A DNA stretch of 53,700 bases from a virus (IMGVR_UViG_3300013136_000004:1-53700), one strand, 5' to 3'; positions 1 to 9,580 are shown, numbered from the stretch's first letter. Translations and numbers: made by a program. Notes: generated from the letters alone by a model not told the origin.

Positions 1-25
1 AACGCATGGTGAAAAGGATACGCTC

Positions 26-337
26 ATGATAGACACTAATGGGAAAATGTCAGCGGGAGTGCGGATTAGCTGGACGGTCATATTTTCTGCCCTTTTGGTA
101 ATGATAGGCTCAGTTATCGGTTACAACCTAAGTGAGACACGGGCGGTTTCTGACAAGTTAAGCGCAAAATGTGACATCTTGCAGAACACAAAACTTGACT
201 CAGTAATTTACTGGGATGAGCATCGTAGGCTACAGGACTATATAGCCAAGGAACTCACAGACATAAAAAGCGGGCAACGAGAGTTGCAAAAAATGCTGGT
301 GGATGCACTGCAAGTAAAACCAATGGCGAGGCGATGA
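26..337 (+). CDS. Membrane-anchored coiled-coil protein (holin-like or hypothetical)
   Basis: One N-terminal hydrophobic helix (ISWTVIFSALLVMIGSVIGY) followed by a helical region; AAGGA upstream; late-region context. Confidence 0.5.
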   Translation: MIDTNGKMSAGVRISWTVIFSALLVMIGSVIGYNLSETRAVSDKLSAKCDILQNTKLDSVIYWDEHRRLQDYIAKELTDIKSGQRELQKMLVDALQVKPMARR

Positions 338-462
338 TGAACATTGACTGGTATCTGTTCAGTTTATATACCACTCGTTACATGATGGGGCAATGGTATA
401 TTGATGTTCCTCGATATAATTTACCTGAGCATTGAGAAGCTAATTGTGGTGTTAGATAAGAG

Positions 463-717
463 GTGCAAATGAAACAGTTTGTCATAGCAAATTTTGGAAA
501 AGCCTCAAGCTCATTCAGCCAATGGAGTGTAATGGAATCACAACCAGAAGCACCAAATATAAGGACCTGTTATAATACACAAATATGCAGCAAATGTGGC
601 TGTAATATTATGGGAACGATTACTTATTATAGAAATGGTCAGCCTATTTGTCATTCCTGTGCGTTTCCACCGCTTTATCAACCAAGCTACTGTCCACACT
701 GCGGAGGACAATTATAA
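463..717 (+). CDS. Small zinc-ribbon protein
   Basis: Three CxxC pairs (CSKC, CHSC, CPHC); the C-terminus is duplicated at about 2073-2116. Confidence 0.5.
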   Translation: MQMKQFVIANFGKASSSFSQWSVMESQPEAPNIRTCYNTQICSKCGCNIMGTITYYRNGQPICHSCAFPPLYQPSYCPHCGGQL

Positions 718-792
718 TGTGCTGGAAAAGACATTTAGCATTATTAATATGGCACAACGTGAGATAAACCAGGTAATAACATAGGAGGTTTT

Positions 793-1260
793 ATGCTGAA
801 AACTGTAGTAACTATATGGATGTTAATCTCAGTAATATGGTGTTCTTTCTGCTTCGGAATGGAAGTAAAGACAAGGGCATTATCTAATGATATTACTCTT
901 GGATGGGACCATGATGGTATTAATGTAACTGGATTTGAAATAGAAATGGGAACAGTAATAGGAGGTCCTTATCCTACTAAGTTTACTGTCCCGGGGGCTA
1001 CTACAAGAACTTATCCTATCGTAAACTTCTGGGTAACTTTTACGGGAAACAAATATTGCTTTAGGGCTTATGCTGTAAACAGCACTATGAAAAGTGCTCC
1101 AAGTAATGAGGCTTGTTGCACCAGACCTACTACTACAACTACATCAGTTATTCCGACCACGACAACGACAAGCATACCGACTACTACGAGCAGCATTCCG
1201 ACTACGACTACAACGAGTATCCATGTACCAACTGCACCAACTAACATAAGGATTTACTAA
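793..1260 (+). CDS. Secreted fibronectin type III-like protein with Thr-rich repeats
   Basis: Signal peptide; ITLGWD...GFEI...YCFRAYAVN...SAPSNE FN3 pattern; four PTTT(T/S)-type repeats; GGAGG RBS. Confidence 0.7.
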   Translation: MLKTVVTIWMLISVIWCSFCFGMEVKTRALSNDITLGWDHDGINVTGFEIEMGTVIGGPYPTKFTVPGATTRTYPIVNFWVTFTGNKYCFRAYAVNSTMKSAPSNEACCTRPTTTTTSVIPTTTTTSIPTTTSSIPTTTTTSIHVPTAPTNIRIY

Positions 1261-1261
1261 T

Positions 1262-1663
1262 ATGAATATAACTTGTATGCGTTGGTCTATTTTCTTAGCT
1301 TTAATATTTTGGGTATTTACTATTGCAGTATGTTTTGGGCAAACCACTACTGCACCAGTAACTACTACCGTAGTAGCTAAGGGTAAAACAGTATTTATAG
1401 GGTGGCAGCACACCAATTCCAATCCTGATAATTACGTTTATACTGTCCATTATGAAGAAATAAGAAATATGACTCAGTGTCACTATTCTTCCAGATTTAA
1501 ACTTGATATACAGGTTGACGGTAGGACATTTGACGCTATCTGTGATTGGTGTGCTGTATTTGGTGGGCTTCCAATGGCTATTAAAATTAAAGCACATGAT
1601 AAAAGAACTGGGTTAGATAGCCCGTGGTCAAGTGAAGTTTCGTATCAAGGAGGTTGTCCATAA
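1262..1663 (+). CDS. Secreted FN3-like protein
   Basis: Signal peptide, Thr-rich stretch, IGWQH...YTVHY...IKAHD...DSPWSSEV FN3-like pattern. Confidence 0.55.
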   Translation: MNITCMRWSIFLALIFWVFTIAVCFGQTTTAPVTTTVVAKGKTVFIGWQHTNSNPDNYVYTVHYEEIRNMTQCHYSSRFKLDIQVDGRTFDAICDWCAVFGGLPMAIKIKAHDKRTGLDSPWSSEVSYQGGCP

Positions 1664-2025
1664 TGGGAGTTTTATCCGCAATCTCTACGGATGAATTATT
1701 AGAAATGGTTGCAAAAGAAGGGAATGTAAATCGTGCAGCTAAAAAACTTGGAGTCCATCCTAACGGAATTTATGCACGAATAAAAAATCATGAGAGTAAG
1801 AAGATATTACCAATAGGAGTACCTCTTGCCAATGCAATAGAACAAGAGCATTTTAATCGATATAAACTGGAAATAGATTTTACAGACGATTCCGACCTTT
1901 ACCATATAGTTTTAGAAGTAGCTAACAAACAAAGAAGAAGCATGGAGGAACAGATAAAGTATATCCTTGAATTCTATCTGATTAATGGGGGAGGTGGAAT
2001 ATTTAATGGTAAAGAAAAAATGTGA
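1663..2025 (+). CDS. DNA-binding protein (HTH plus Arc/ribbon-helix-helix-like domain)
   Basis: GNVNRAAKKLGVHPNGIYARI HTH; VANKQRRSMEEQIKYIL Arc-like motif; paralog at 42500-42928; likely ATG at 1663 after AAGGAGG. Confidence 0.65.
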   Translation: MGVLSAISTDELLEMVAKEGNVNRAAKKLGVHPNGIYARIKNHESKKILPIGVPLANAIEQEHFNRYKLEIDFTDDSDLYHIVLEVANKQRRSMEEQIKYILEFYLINGGGGIFNGKEKM

Positions 2026-2115
2026 ATTTGGGAAAATTTCAATTAGTAGGGCAAAAGTAAACAGGATGATGATTTATCAACCAAACTACTGCCCACACTG
2101 CGGAGGACAGTTATA

Positions 2116-2781
2116 ATGTCCACATGGTTCTGTTCAAAAACTAAAGCCGATTGTGATAGACAAACAGCAGCATTAAAAAGAGAAATTAATGATTATAAAA
2201 CATGGGCTGCTATTCTTCAGGCTGATCAAGCTAAAGTGAAGGCAGAACTTGCACAAGCCAACGCACGTATAGATGACCATTATAAATTCATGTCTGAAGG
2301 GCTCCCGTCAATGGCTGAAATGGTAGCGGATGGTCGAGCCAAGAAGTTTGAGACGTATCAGTTCCAGAGACAGTACACCAAGCAGACGGGAAGGACACTG
2401 ACATCGAGCCAACCTTTATCCGGAGATACCACAAAAACTCACTGGATAGACTGCGGGTATAATAACTGGCGGCTTCCCCGTGATGTGTTTATGCAGATAG
2501 TAGCGAAGAGTAGGGTTGACCGTTTTAAATATGTCTGTGTAGCTGGCGAAAATAATAGACCGTTTATCTGCAATGACTTTGCCTATGCCTTCTTTGGGGA
2601 AATGCAGTCGGGTCCATGGTGGGATTGCTTTATTGGTTGTGTGTTTATAACAAATCCCGGACATCGGGTCAATATGGTTTGGTTTACTGGAGAAGAACAA
2701 CTTCAACTGTTTGAGCCACAGGCAGACTACCTTTTCCCGATTAACATGACACAACGTGAAATTAAACAGGTGATAACCTAA
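2116..2781 (+). CDS. Coiled-coil protein with papain/transglutaminase-like cysteine protease domain
   Basis: ICNDFAYAF (catalytic Cys), GHRVN (His) and FEPQ motifs, resembling the MOA-lectin C-terminal protease-like family. Confidence 0.6.
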   Translation: MSTWFCSKTKADCDRQTAALKREINDYKTWAAILQADQAKVKAELAQANARIDDHYKFMSEGLPSMAEMVADGRAKKFETYQFQRQYTKQTGRTLTSSQPLSGDTTKTHWIDCGYNNWRLPRDVFMQIVAKSRVDRFKYVCVAGENNRPFICNDFAYAFFGEMQSGPWWDCFIGCVFITNPGHRVNMVWFTGEEQLQLFEPQADYLFPINMTQREIKQVIT

Positions 2782-2884
2782 AATACTATAGCTGATTTTT
2801 CAATACCAATAAGAACTGGACCAGCTCAAATAAACTGTCAAACAGACGATAACCATATAATCCCGAAGCAATAGGGAGAATAAA

Positions 2885-3700
2885 ATGCAAAAGTATGCAT
2901 ATCTTCAAGGTGTAAACCTCTATAACAACGGAAACAATCTAAGAGGATGTGTTAACGATTGCGTTGATATCCGAGATAGAATGGTACAAAAATATAAAGT
3001 CCAGCCAGATAATATCCGTATGTTAACAGATTATAGAGCTACTACGAAGGCAGAACTGGAACATCTTGATTGGTTGATAGCTTGTTGTAGTTCTACAGAA
3101 CAGGATTACTTAATATTTCAAAACAGTTCTCACGGAACGAACTTTAGAATACGAGATACTGGTGGAAATCTTAATCCGTGGTTATCCGATGTAATATGTC
3201 CAAGTGATTTTGATTGGGATAAGAACTTTATTTCTGCCGAGATGCTTCATGAAAAATTCGATAAGATACCGCCTAATACTACACTATTTTTTATTAGCGA
3301 TAGTTGTTGTTCAGGAAATCTGGTGAAGGCTTTTTCTCAAATTGATTCTATCCCAAGAAGAATGATACCTCCTGAAGATATCCAATCAAGAAGTATTGGT
3401 CAAAAGATGATGAACAATTCGTTACAGAATTATGTGTCTAAAATTGATTCAGTTAATATAATTTTTCTTTCCGGATGCCAGTCAGATCAAACTTCTTCGG
3501 ATGCATTTATTAACGGTAGATACAATGGGGCACTGACAGCAGGGTTGAAGACTGTAATAGATAATATTCCAGAAGTACATTACCTAATGGCACATCAAGA
3601 AATACATAAATATCTAAATGAAAATGGATTCGACCAGGAACCAGAACTGAAAGCGAGAGAAGCTCTGTTAAGTAGTATGATATTTGGGGGAGTAGAATGA
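2885..3700 (+). CDS. Metacaspase (peptidase C14, caspase family)
   Basis: LRGCVND, SSHGT (catalytic His), ISDSCCSG (catalytic Cys), SGCQSDQTSSDA, NGALT, QEPEL. Confidence 0.92.
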   Translation: MQKYAYLQGVNLYNNGNNLRGCVNDCVDIRDRMVQKYKVQPDNIRMLTDYRATTKAELEHLDWLIACCSSTEQDYLIFQNSSHGTNFRIRDTGGNLNPWLSDVICPSDFDWDKNFISAEMLHEKFDKIPPNTTLFFISDSCCSGNLVKAFSQIDSIPRRMIPPEDIQSRSIGQKMMNNSLQNYVSKIDSVNIIFLSGCQSDQTSSDAFINGRYNGALTAGLKTVIDNIPEVHYLMAHQEIHKYLNENGFDQEPELKAREALLSSMIFGGVE

Positions 3701-4143
3701 TGCGCATTGCAGTAGATTTTGACGAAACTCTTACAGCTGGTAATCACTCGATTCACAATTACTTGGAGATGGAGCCTAATATTACAACGATTAATAAAGT
3801 AAATGAATCGTATGATCTGGGTAACGAAATATTTATTTACACTACAAGAAAACACATCGAACATGACAGTCTAATAGACTGGTTAGACGATAACGGAGTA
3901 AAATACGATCATCTTGAGTGCGGAAAACTCATGGCTGATATGTATATCGACAATAATAGTCGTAAAGTTTCCGAAGACTGGAGTTTTAATACTTCAAAAC
4001 CGATGACTCCAAGCGGGTGGAAACCAGACACAGTTACTGATGTATACGATGGTTTCTATCTCAAGATCAACATAACTGCAGTCATGCTTACTTGGAAAAA
4101 AATTAAAGCATGGCTCAAAAACAGAAAAGGAGAGCGAGTATGA
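3697..4143 (+). CDS. HAD-superfamily phosphatase
   Basis: IAVDFDETL motif I, IYTTR motif II, GK...YIDN motifs III and IV. Confidence 0.8.
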   Translation: MMRIAVDFDETLTAGNHSIHNYLEMEPNITTINKVNESYDLGNEIFIYTTRKHIEHDSLIDWLDDNGVKYDHLECGKLMADMYIDNNSRKVSEDWSFNTSKPMTPSGWKPDTVTDVYDGFYLKINITAVMLTWKKIKAWLKNRKGERV

Positions 4144-4676
4144 AGAAAATTGTAGTGTTGTTTGCTTTACTGGCTATCGTATGTAGTGGGTGTAATTCAC
4201 CTACTACTCCACCTCCACCTCCTGAAAACGGAGTTTTCGTCCCAAGTCCTCTGCTAACAAAAGCTGTTAACTTAGGGTGTACTACCACAAAGTTTTTTAT
4301 GACAGTGCACTCGTACTGGGGATTTGTAAGACCTTTTATCCCTGCAAATGTTACTTCAATTGCAGTTCCTGCGATCAACTTATTCAAGGCAGGTCTCCGT
4401 TCTTACAACGATGCAATTATTGCCTGTTACAACAATAAAAAAGACCCAACTAACTTCGAGCAGCTTGAGAAGGACCTGTTGGCATTAAAAGAATCTGTCA
4501 TGCCGATTATACAGGAGATAATGACTTTGATTAATAGTAACAAGCCTTCCGATACAACAGTTAATGCTACTAAAGAGATGAAGGCAACAATGGAATCAAA
4601 AGCAATGTTTTCATGTACGATAGATGAACTCATCAATATGAATGATAAGTTAAAAACATTACCTGACATTTCTTAA
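4140..4676 (+). CDS. Lipoprotein
   Basis: MKKIVVLFALLAIVCSGC lipobox, Pro-rich linker; ATGA overlap with the upstream gene; next to the lysis genes. Confidence 0.7.
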   Translation: MKKIVVLFALLAIVCSGCNSPTTPPPPPENGVFVPSPLLTKAVNLGCTTTKFFMTVHSYWGFVRPFIPANVTSIAVPAINLFKAGLRSYNDAIIACYNNKKDPTNFEQLEKDLLALKESVMPIIQEIMTLINSNKPSDTTVNATKEMKATMESKAMFSCTIDELINMNDKLKTLPDIS

Positions 4677-4683
4677 TAGATAG

Positions 4684-5037
4684 GTGACTACGATGGAAGA
4701 GAGTGCAAAATTATTATTTGATACAAGATTAATTATTGTAGCGTTTTTCGTGAATATTCTTGTGGAAGTTTTTAAAAGAATAACTCCGGATAAAAAAATA
4801 TATGACCCGAGAATATTCCTTGTGCTCTTTTCCATCACCCTATCGTTGATAAAATGTTATATCTATAAATATTGTACTGCTGAAAATGTTTTCATGGAAA
4901 TAGTTATTACTGCAATAATAGCTTCCGGAATGTATGAAATAGGATGGAAGCATCTTCTTAAATTTTTTATAAGTAAATTTCTTCCTAAAGATATTATTGA
5001 AGAAACTACAGTTGAAGAAAATAAGGAAACAAAATAA
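4684..5037 (+). CDS. Putative holin
   Basis: Three hydrophobic segments and a charged C-terminus; immediately upstream of the endolysin. Confidence 0.65.
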   Translation: MTTMEESAKLLFDTRLIIVAFFVNILVEVFKRITPDKKIYDPRIFLVLFSITLSLIKCYIYKYCTAENVFMEIVITAIIASGMYEIGWKHLLKFFISKFLPKDIIEETTVEENKETK

Positions 5038-5426
5038 TGGGTAGTTTAGTTCCAGAACAGCATAAATTTGTTATGGATTTAATATTACTTTTTAATGAAA
5101 TAGATAAGCAGGGGCTTTTTATTTCCCCAAGAGAACTACGCAGAAATAATGACCCTCTTCCTTGCATATATTGTGGTGGGATAAATACTGTTCAAAAAAT
5201 GCTTGTTAAAAAAGGTGTTTCTTGGACGTTTAACAGCAGGCATCTTAATTCACTTGCTATTGATATTGTTATCTTCAAAAAAGAAGATGATTCATATAAA
5301 TTAATTAATGCTGACGATTATAAACCTTTTGGTGATTACTGGGAAAGTTTGTCAAAGGAAAACATTCACTCCTTGAGAAAAGGATGGGATGTTAAAGATG
5401 TTTATCACTTTGAAAGAAGGATATAG
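5037..5426 (+). CDS. Endolysin, peptidase M15 family (L-Ala-D-Glu peptidase-like)
   Basis: SRHLNSLAID (SxHxxxxAxD) and DVYHFE zinc-binding motifs. Confidence 0.85.
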   Translation: MGSLVPEQHKFVMDLILLFNEIDKQGLFISPRELRRNNDPLPCIYCGGINTVQKMLVKKGVSWTFNSRHLNSLAIDIVIFKKEDDSYKLINADDYKPFGDYWESLSKENIHSLRKGWDVKDVYHFERRI

Positions 5427-5429
5427 ACA

Positions 5430-6245
5430 ATGAAAATAGGAACTACTCTTTACAGTACAAATTCAACGTATAACGGAAAATGGACAGAAATAGCTGAAAA
5501 ATGTGATTGGCTTGTTTCTTCTGTTGTAAATTATAACAGTGCCATCACAAGTGCTCCAAGTGCTACGCTACTTTATAGAACATTTGGAAGTTTATCTATG
5601 ACTGTTCCGACAACTAAAACAAATGCATGGGGGGATATTGATTCAGGTATGATATTTCCTGATAAAGATACCTCGAATGATTCTGAGGATACTACGACAT
5701 TAAGTGAACATAGATACATAATGAACTTGAGTGACCCTGATTATGTAGCGAATAAAATAACAGAACTTGATTATATCTATGCCAATTATTCTCTTTTTGC
5801 TGGATTTATTATTGATATACTTCCATATGAAGCAACCACATTGACATGGAATATATCTACTGCAAACAAAACTTATTATAGGCAACTTGTTCAAGCGTTT
5901 CTTCTACAAATTCAATATGAATTTTCCAGCAAAATAATTATCCCTAATTGTTATCCAATTACAAGTAGCCCTGTCGGTGACTATTCACTCGCTAAAATAG
6001 CAAGTGGGGAAATGCAAGAATGGAGAGTTGGTTCTGATAGTATGGATTGGTCTGAATTATTATCATATTTAGTAAACCATATTACATATTGTCCAACGAA
6101 ATATTTCTTTTTGTATTGTACAACAGCAACAGATATATCTGCACAAAATAATAGGGATTTATTTAGAGTTATGGGAAATAAATCTGAATATCTTGTACTA
6201 TTAACTGATATGTTTGATACTGATGCACTTGAAGAAGTTCCTTGA
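5430..6245 (+). CDS. Hypothetical protein, possibly a TIM-barrel glycoside hydrolase-like fold
   Basis: MNLSDPDY...FAGFIIDI...IIPN spacing resembles GH-like barrels; weak. Confidence 0.4.
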   Translation: MKIGTTLYSTNSTYNGKWTEIAEKCDWLVSSVVNYNSAITSAPSATLLYRTFGSLSMTVPTTKTNAWGDIDSGMIFPDKDTSNDSEDTTTLSEHRYIMNLSDPDYVANKITELDYIYANYSLFAGFIIDILPYEATTLTWNISTANKTYYRQLVQAFLLQIQYEFSSKIIIPNCYPITSSPVGDYSLAKIASGEMQEWRVGSDSMDWSELLSYLVNHITYCPTKYFFLYCTTATDISAQNNRDLFRVMGNKSEYLVLLTDMFDTDALEEVP

Positions 6246-6264
6246 GTGCTAAAGGAGAAATAAA

Positions 6265-7479
6265 ATGGCTATCGTGTCTAATGATGAAATGCTTACTTAT
6301 CTTGGAATTTCAAATCCGTATTTTATCATAACATCTGTCAATGACGCATTAGTGTTCAGAGTATCTGTGACAAACACTCCCATCGACATTCCTGATGGAA
6401 CATATGGTGCGACCGAATTGTGTGCGGCTGTAAAATCATGCCTCGATACGGCTTTCACTCCTCTAACATTCACAGTTTCATACGACTCAGATACTTGTAA
6501 ATTTACTATAACTCCTTCTGCTGGAACTCTTGCCTATATCAACACAGGCTCTGATGGAGGATATACTCTCGGATTTACTCAGGACCATACAGCTGCCACC
6601 TCTCTTACAAGTGACATAGAGGCAGGAGCGCAGAATTCTGTTCTTCTTTCTATTAGAGATGCAGCAGAGGAATATGTGCAGAATGTATATTGCAGGAGAA
6701 ACTTCGAACTCACAAGTTACAAAGAAAGATATGACGGGAAAGGAACCAGAACTCTTACTCTGAAGAATGCTCCTGTCGTCTCCCTCACGAAGCTCTCTAT
6801 AGGAACAGTTGATGTTGTAAAAGTTTGCAATACTTCTTCTTATACCTCCTCCACTGTTTCTGTTTCATCTACAGGTCTCAATCTCATGAAAGATGATGTT
6901 GTCGATTCTTCTATTGTCTTTCTAACTTATGACACAATAGGAAAAGTTGTAAATGCAATTAACGCACTCGGAAACTCATGGAGTGCATCATCTCTCTGTA
7001 GCATCTATGATAATTATAAGTCGACAGAGCTCATTGACATGATGGGAGCAAATTGCATTGATAGTAACTGGGTATATCTCCAGGTCCCAGACAAGCCCGA
7101 GGATACATTTGATGTCTATGCAGAAAGAGGGCAAATAGTTCTACCGGGACGGAGTGATTCTCTCTTGAGAGATGCTCGCGCAATGGCTGTAAACTATGAA
7201 GATAACCCTCATTGGGATTCATATTGTAATTTAGTGTTCCCGACAGGGAATAGAAATATCTTTGTGAATTACACTGCCGGATACACATCTGCCAATATGC
7301 CCGCTGACTTGAAGCTTGCAATAAAAATAATAACGAAGACGCTCTACGGGGCAACAATGCAGGATACATTCGGAGTGAGGAATTACTCAGTTGACAGAAT
7401 TTCGATGACTCTGGATGATTCTGAGATTCCAATGGAAGCAAAAACAATTCTCAATAGATACAGGAAGACATTGATATGA
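6265..7479 (+). CDS. Head-tail connector/adaptor protein with large insertions
   Basis: MAIVSNDEMLTYLGI N-terminus, YCRRNF...ERYDG, RNIFVNYTAGY...PADLKLA, ILNRYRK C-terminus, typical of gp6/gp15-like connectors. Confidence 0.75.
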   Translation: MAIVSNDEMLTYLGISNPYFIITSVNDALVFRVSVTNTPIDIPDGTYGATELCAAVKSCLDTAFTPLTFTVSYDSDTCKFTITPSAGTLAYINTGSDGGYTLGFTQDHTAATSLTSDIEAGAQNSVLLSIRDAAEEYVQNVYCRRNFELTSYKERYDGKGTRTLTLKNAPVVSLTKLSIGTVDVVKVCNTSSYTSSTVSVSSTGLNLMKDDVVDSSIVFLTYDTIGKVVNAINALGNSWSASSLCSIYDNYKSTELIDMMGANCIDSNWVYLQVPDKPEDTFDVYAERGQIVLPGRSDSLLRDARAMAVNYEDNPHWDSYCNLVFPTGNRNIFVNYTAGYTSANMPADLKLAIKIITKTLYGATMQDTFGVRNYSVDRISMTLDDSEIPMEAKTILNRYRKTLI

Positions 7480-7802
7480 GCATGATTGGACCTTCTTCAA
7501 CTCTCTATCTTCAAAAATTTTCCTCGACTGTTAATTCAGAAGGAGGAGTTGAAGATGCATGGGCTACCGTTGCTTCTCTCACAGGAGTCATTCAGAAACT
7601 CGAAGGGAAGGAAGCTCTTGATGCTCTTGGATTGAAAGTTGTCTCAACTCATATGTTCTATCTGAAATATCCCTTTATGAAATATTCCATAACGGAACAG
7701 GATAGATTTATCCTTGGAAGCAGGATTTTCAATATCAGAGAGATAATAAATCCAGGAGAGCAGAATTGGTTTTTAGAAATTAAATTACAAGAAATAAAAT
7801 AA
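7476..7802 (+). CDS. Head closure (stopper) protein, SPP1 gp16-like
   Basis: GGVEDAWATVA...STHMFY...DRFI...FNI...NP...FLEIKL pattern; follows the connector gene. Confidence 0.75.
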   Translation: MSMIGPSSTLYLQKFSSTVNSEGGVEDAWATVASLTGVIQKLEGKEALDALGLKVVSTHMFYLKYPFMKYSITEQDRFILGSRIFNIREIINPGEQNWFLEIKLQEIK

Positions 7803-7833
7803 GAAAAAAATAAAAAAAATTGAAAAAAATATC

Positions 7834-7859
7834 ATGGGACTAATTTTAGTCCCATTTTT
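7834..7859 (+). terminator. Rho-independent terminator ending the late operon
   Basis: ATGGGACTA-ATTT-TAGTCCCAT hairpin followed by a T run. Confidence 0.7.
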
Positions 7860-7860
7860 A

Positions 7861-7948
7861 TTGACTAAAAAAATTTTATAAAAATTAAAAATAATGGTTG
7901 ACAAAGGTTTTAAAATATCCTACAATATTATTAATTTTAAAAATTAAT
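7861..7948 (+). promoter_or_regulatory. Repeated early promoter block, copy 1
   Basis: TTGACA (7898)-N17-TACAAT (7921) inside an ~88 bp AT-rich block repeated at 9770 and 11314. Confidence 0.85.
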
Positions 7949-7964
7949 CTTATTGGAGGAGAAG

Positions 7965-8171
7965 ATGAAATCGCTCCCATTCAAAAAAACACATTCTTTC
8001 AAATGCACATTCTGCGGAAGGTCTCATAGAGTAAAAATATTTCCAGATTGCCCGAGACAGAAATTTGACAAGGAGTGCGAATGCGGAGCAATATGCGAGG
8101 CCGAGGCAGAAACGATTTCGAGAAACAATCAGATTCATATTTCCAAGTTCACATTTCAGTGGGCCAGATAA
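7965..8171 (+). CDS. Small zinc-finger early protein
   Basis: CTFC and CECGAIC motifs; GGAGGA RBS. Confidence 0.6.
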   Translation: MKSLPFKKTHSFKCTFCGRSHRVKIFPDCPRQKFDKECECGAICEAEAETISRNNQIHISKFTFQWAR

Positions 8172-8242
8172 AGATTTTTTCAAGTAACTGACGAAGACAA
8201 AATTTGGATTCAGTAACAACTAACTACAAGGAGACCCAGACA

Positions 8243-8668
8243 ATGATGGTATCAAAAGAAAGCTTAATTTTTTTCGAAGAGCTGGCAAAGAAGCAAACAA
8301 GAATCTTTCCGGATGCATGCGACTCCGGATACCTCCTCAACTCTCCAGAAGAAAAAGCTCTCATCCGGGCGCACCTCTGCAAGCTGATGGCGACATATAA
8401 ATACGTCGCAAAGACCCACCCGATGCGCTCATCCGACTCACACAAAGAAGTAGTCATCGGAATTCCGGTCGAGGAAGAGAATAAGAGAATGTTCGGAATC
8501 GAGCTGACAGTCTCCTATCTTTCTCACAAGAAACTTGAGTGGATAGATGTTTTCATTCAGAGAAAAGACCTTGGAAGAGGGGATGCAGATTTCTTTCAGC
8601 CGGAAGAGGTCTTTTGGAAACTCTATAAACTCGGTCGTTGCGAAGAATTCAAAATTTCTACATTCTAA
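8243..8668 (+). CDS. Hypothetical early protein
   Basis: ORF with AAGGAG RBS. Confidence 0.6.
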   Translation: MMVSKESLIFFEELAKKQTRIFPDACDSGYLLNSPEEKALIRAHLCKLMATYKYVAKTHPMRSSDSHKEVVIGIPVEEENKRMFGIELTVSYLSHKKLEWIDVFIQRKDLGRGDADFFQPEEVFWKLYKLGRCEEFKISTF

Positions 8669-8679
8669 GGAGAAGAAAA

Positions 8680-8916
8680 ATGATTCAACACACCGGAGCA
8701 ACAATAACAAGGGGAAGGGCTATCAAGCTTGAGGGAATGAAGATGACGTTCGAGTGCAAAAACGGACATATCCAGTCAACAGATTACTCGAAACAATCCA
8801 TATCTCCCCAAGGAGTCGAATTTCTTTTCTCACATTATCAGAAAGGTCTCTCGCTCTTTTGCAGAGAGTGCAAGAAAGATATCATCATCGAGAAGAAGAG
8901 AAAGAGAACGATATGA
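8680..8916 (+). CDS. Small zinc-ribbon protein
   Basis: CKNGH...CREC; AAGGAG RBS. Confidence 0.6.
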   Translation: MIQHTGATITRGRAIKLEGMKMTFECKNGHIQSTDYSKQSISPQGVEFLFSHYQKGLSLFCRECKKDIIIEKKRKRTI

Positions 8917-9143
8917 GCTCCATCAGATGTGAAGCGAAAATATTCGACGAATTCGTCGAATGCGATTTAATATTCGTTAGATGCCCGAGAAGCAAAGTCG
9001 AAGGAAGCAGATATTGCTTCCTTCACAAAACCTGTACTCACTCCCCCGTCGAAGTAGAGAAGAAGGGAGAGAAAAAAATCGTCTGCTCAATCTGCGGAGT
9101 AGAAATTTCAAGTCATCTATTAAGAGGAAGGAGAAAAAAATGA
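8913..9143 (+). CDS. Small Cys/His-rich protein
   Basis: RC...RC...YCFLH and CSIC motifs; overlapping start/stop junctions. Confidence 0.55.
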   Translation: MSSIRCEAKIFDEFVECDLIFVRCPRSKVEGSRYCFLHKTCTHSPVEVEKKGEKKIVCSICGVEISSHLLRGRRKK

Positions 9144-9580
9144 ATCCACGTCTTACAATCACAGAGATAAATCTCATGTCAGAGACAAGAATAAAAGTCA
9201 AAGAGGCATTTCGCCAGCTCAGAAAAGAAGGGTTCATCGCAAGAGCGAATCATCTCTGCTGCTCAAATTGTGCCGGATACAATTTAACAGAGAAGGCGAC
9301 GGAAGATGTTGAATTAGGGAAAAAGAAAAAAGAAGAAATCAAAGGATGTGTCTTCTGGCACAACCAAGACGATGAAAGCTTCAACAGAAGAGGGATTTTA
9401 TTCCTCTCTTTCGGAAATCTTCATTCACAACAGATAGGAGATATCGGAATTGGAACCCTCGAAGTCGGAAAGAGAGTTGTCGAGGTATTGAGAGAAAAAG
9501 GGCTCGATGTTGAGTGGCCTGAAGATACATCAATTAGAATCGAAGTCTTTGCCTTCAGGAGATTGAACGATGCCGCCTGA
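9140..9580 (+). CDS. Conserved hypothetical protein with CCxxC motif
   Basis: GFIARANHLCCSNCAG...FWHNQD...GLDVEWP; AAGGAG RBS. Confidence 0.65.
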   Translation: MNPRLTITEINLMSETRIKVKEAFRQLRKEGFIARANHLCCSNCAGYNLTEKATEDVELGKKKKEEIKGCVFWHNQDDESFNRRGILFLSFGNLHSQQIGDIGIGTLEVGKRVVEVLREKGLDVEWPEDTSIRIEVFAFRRLNDAA

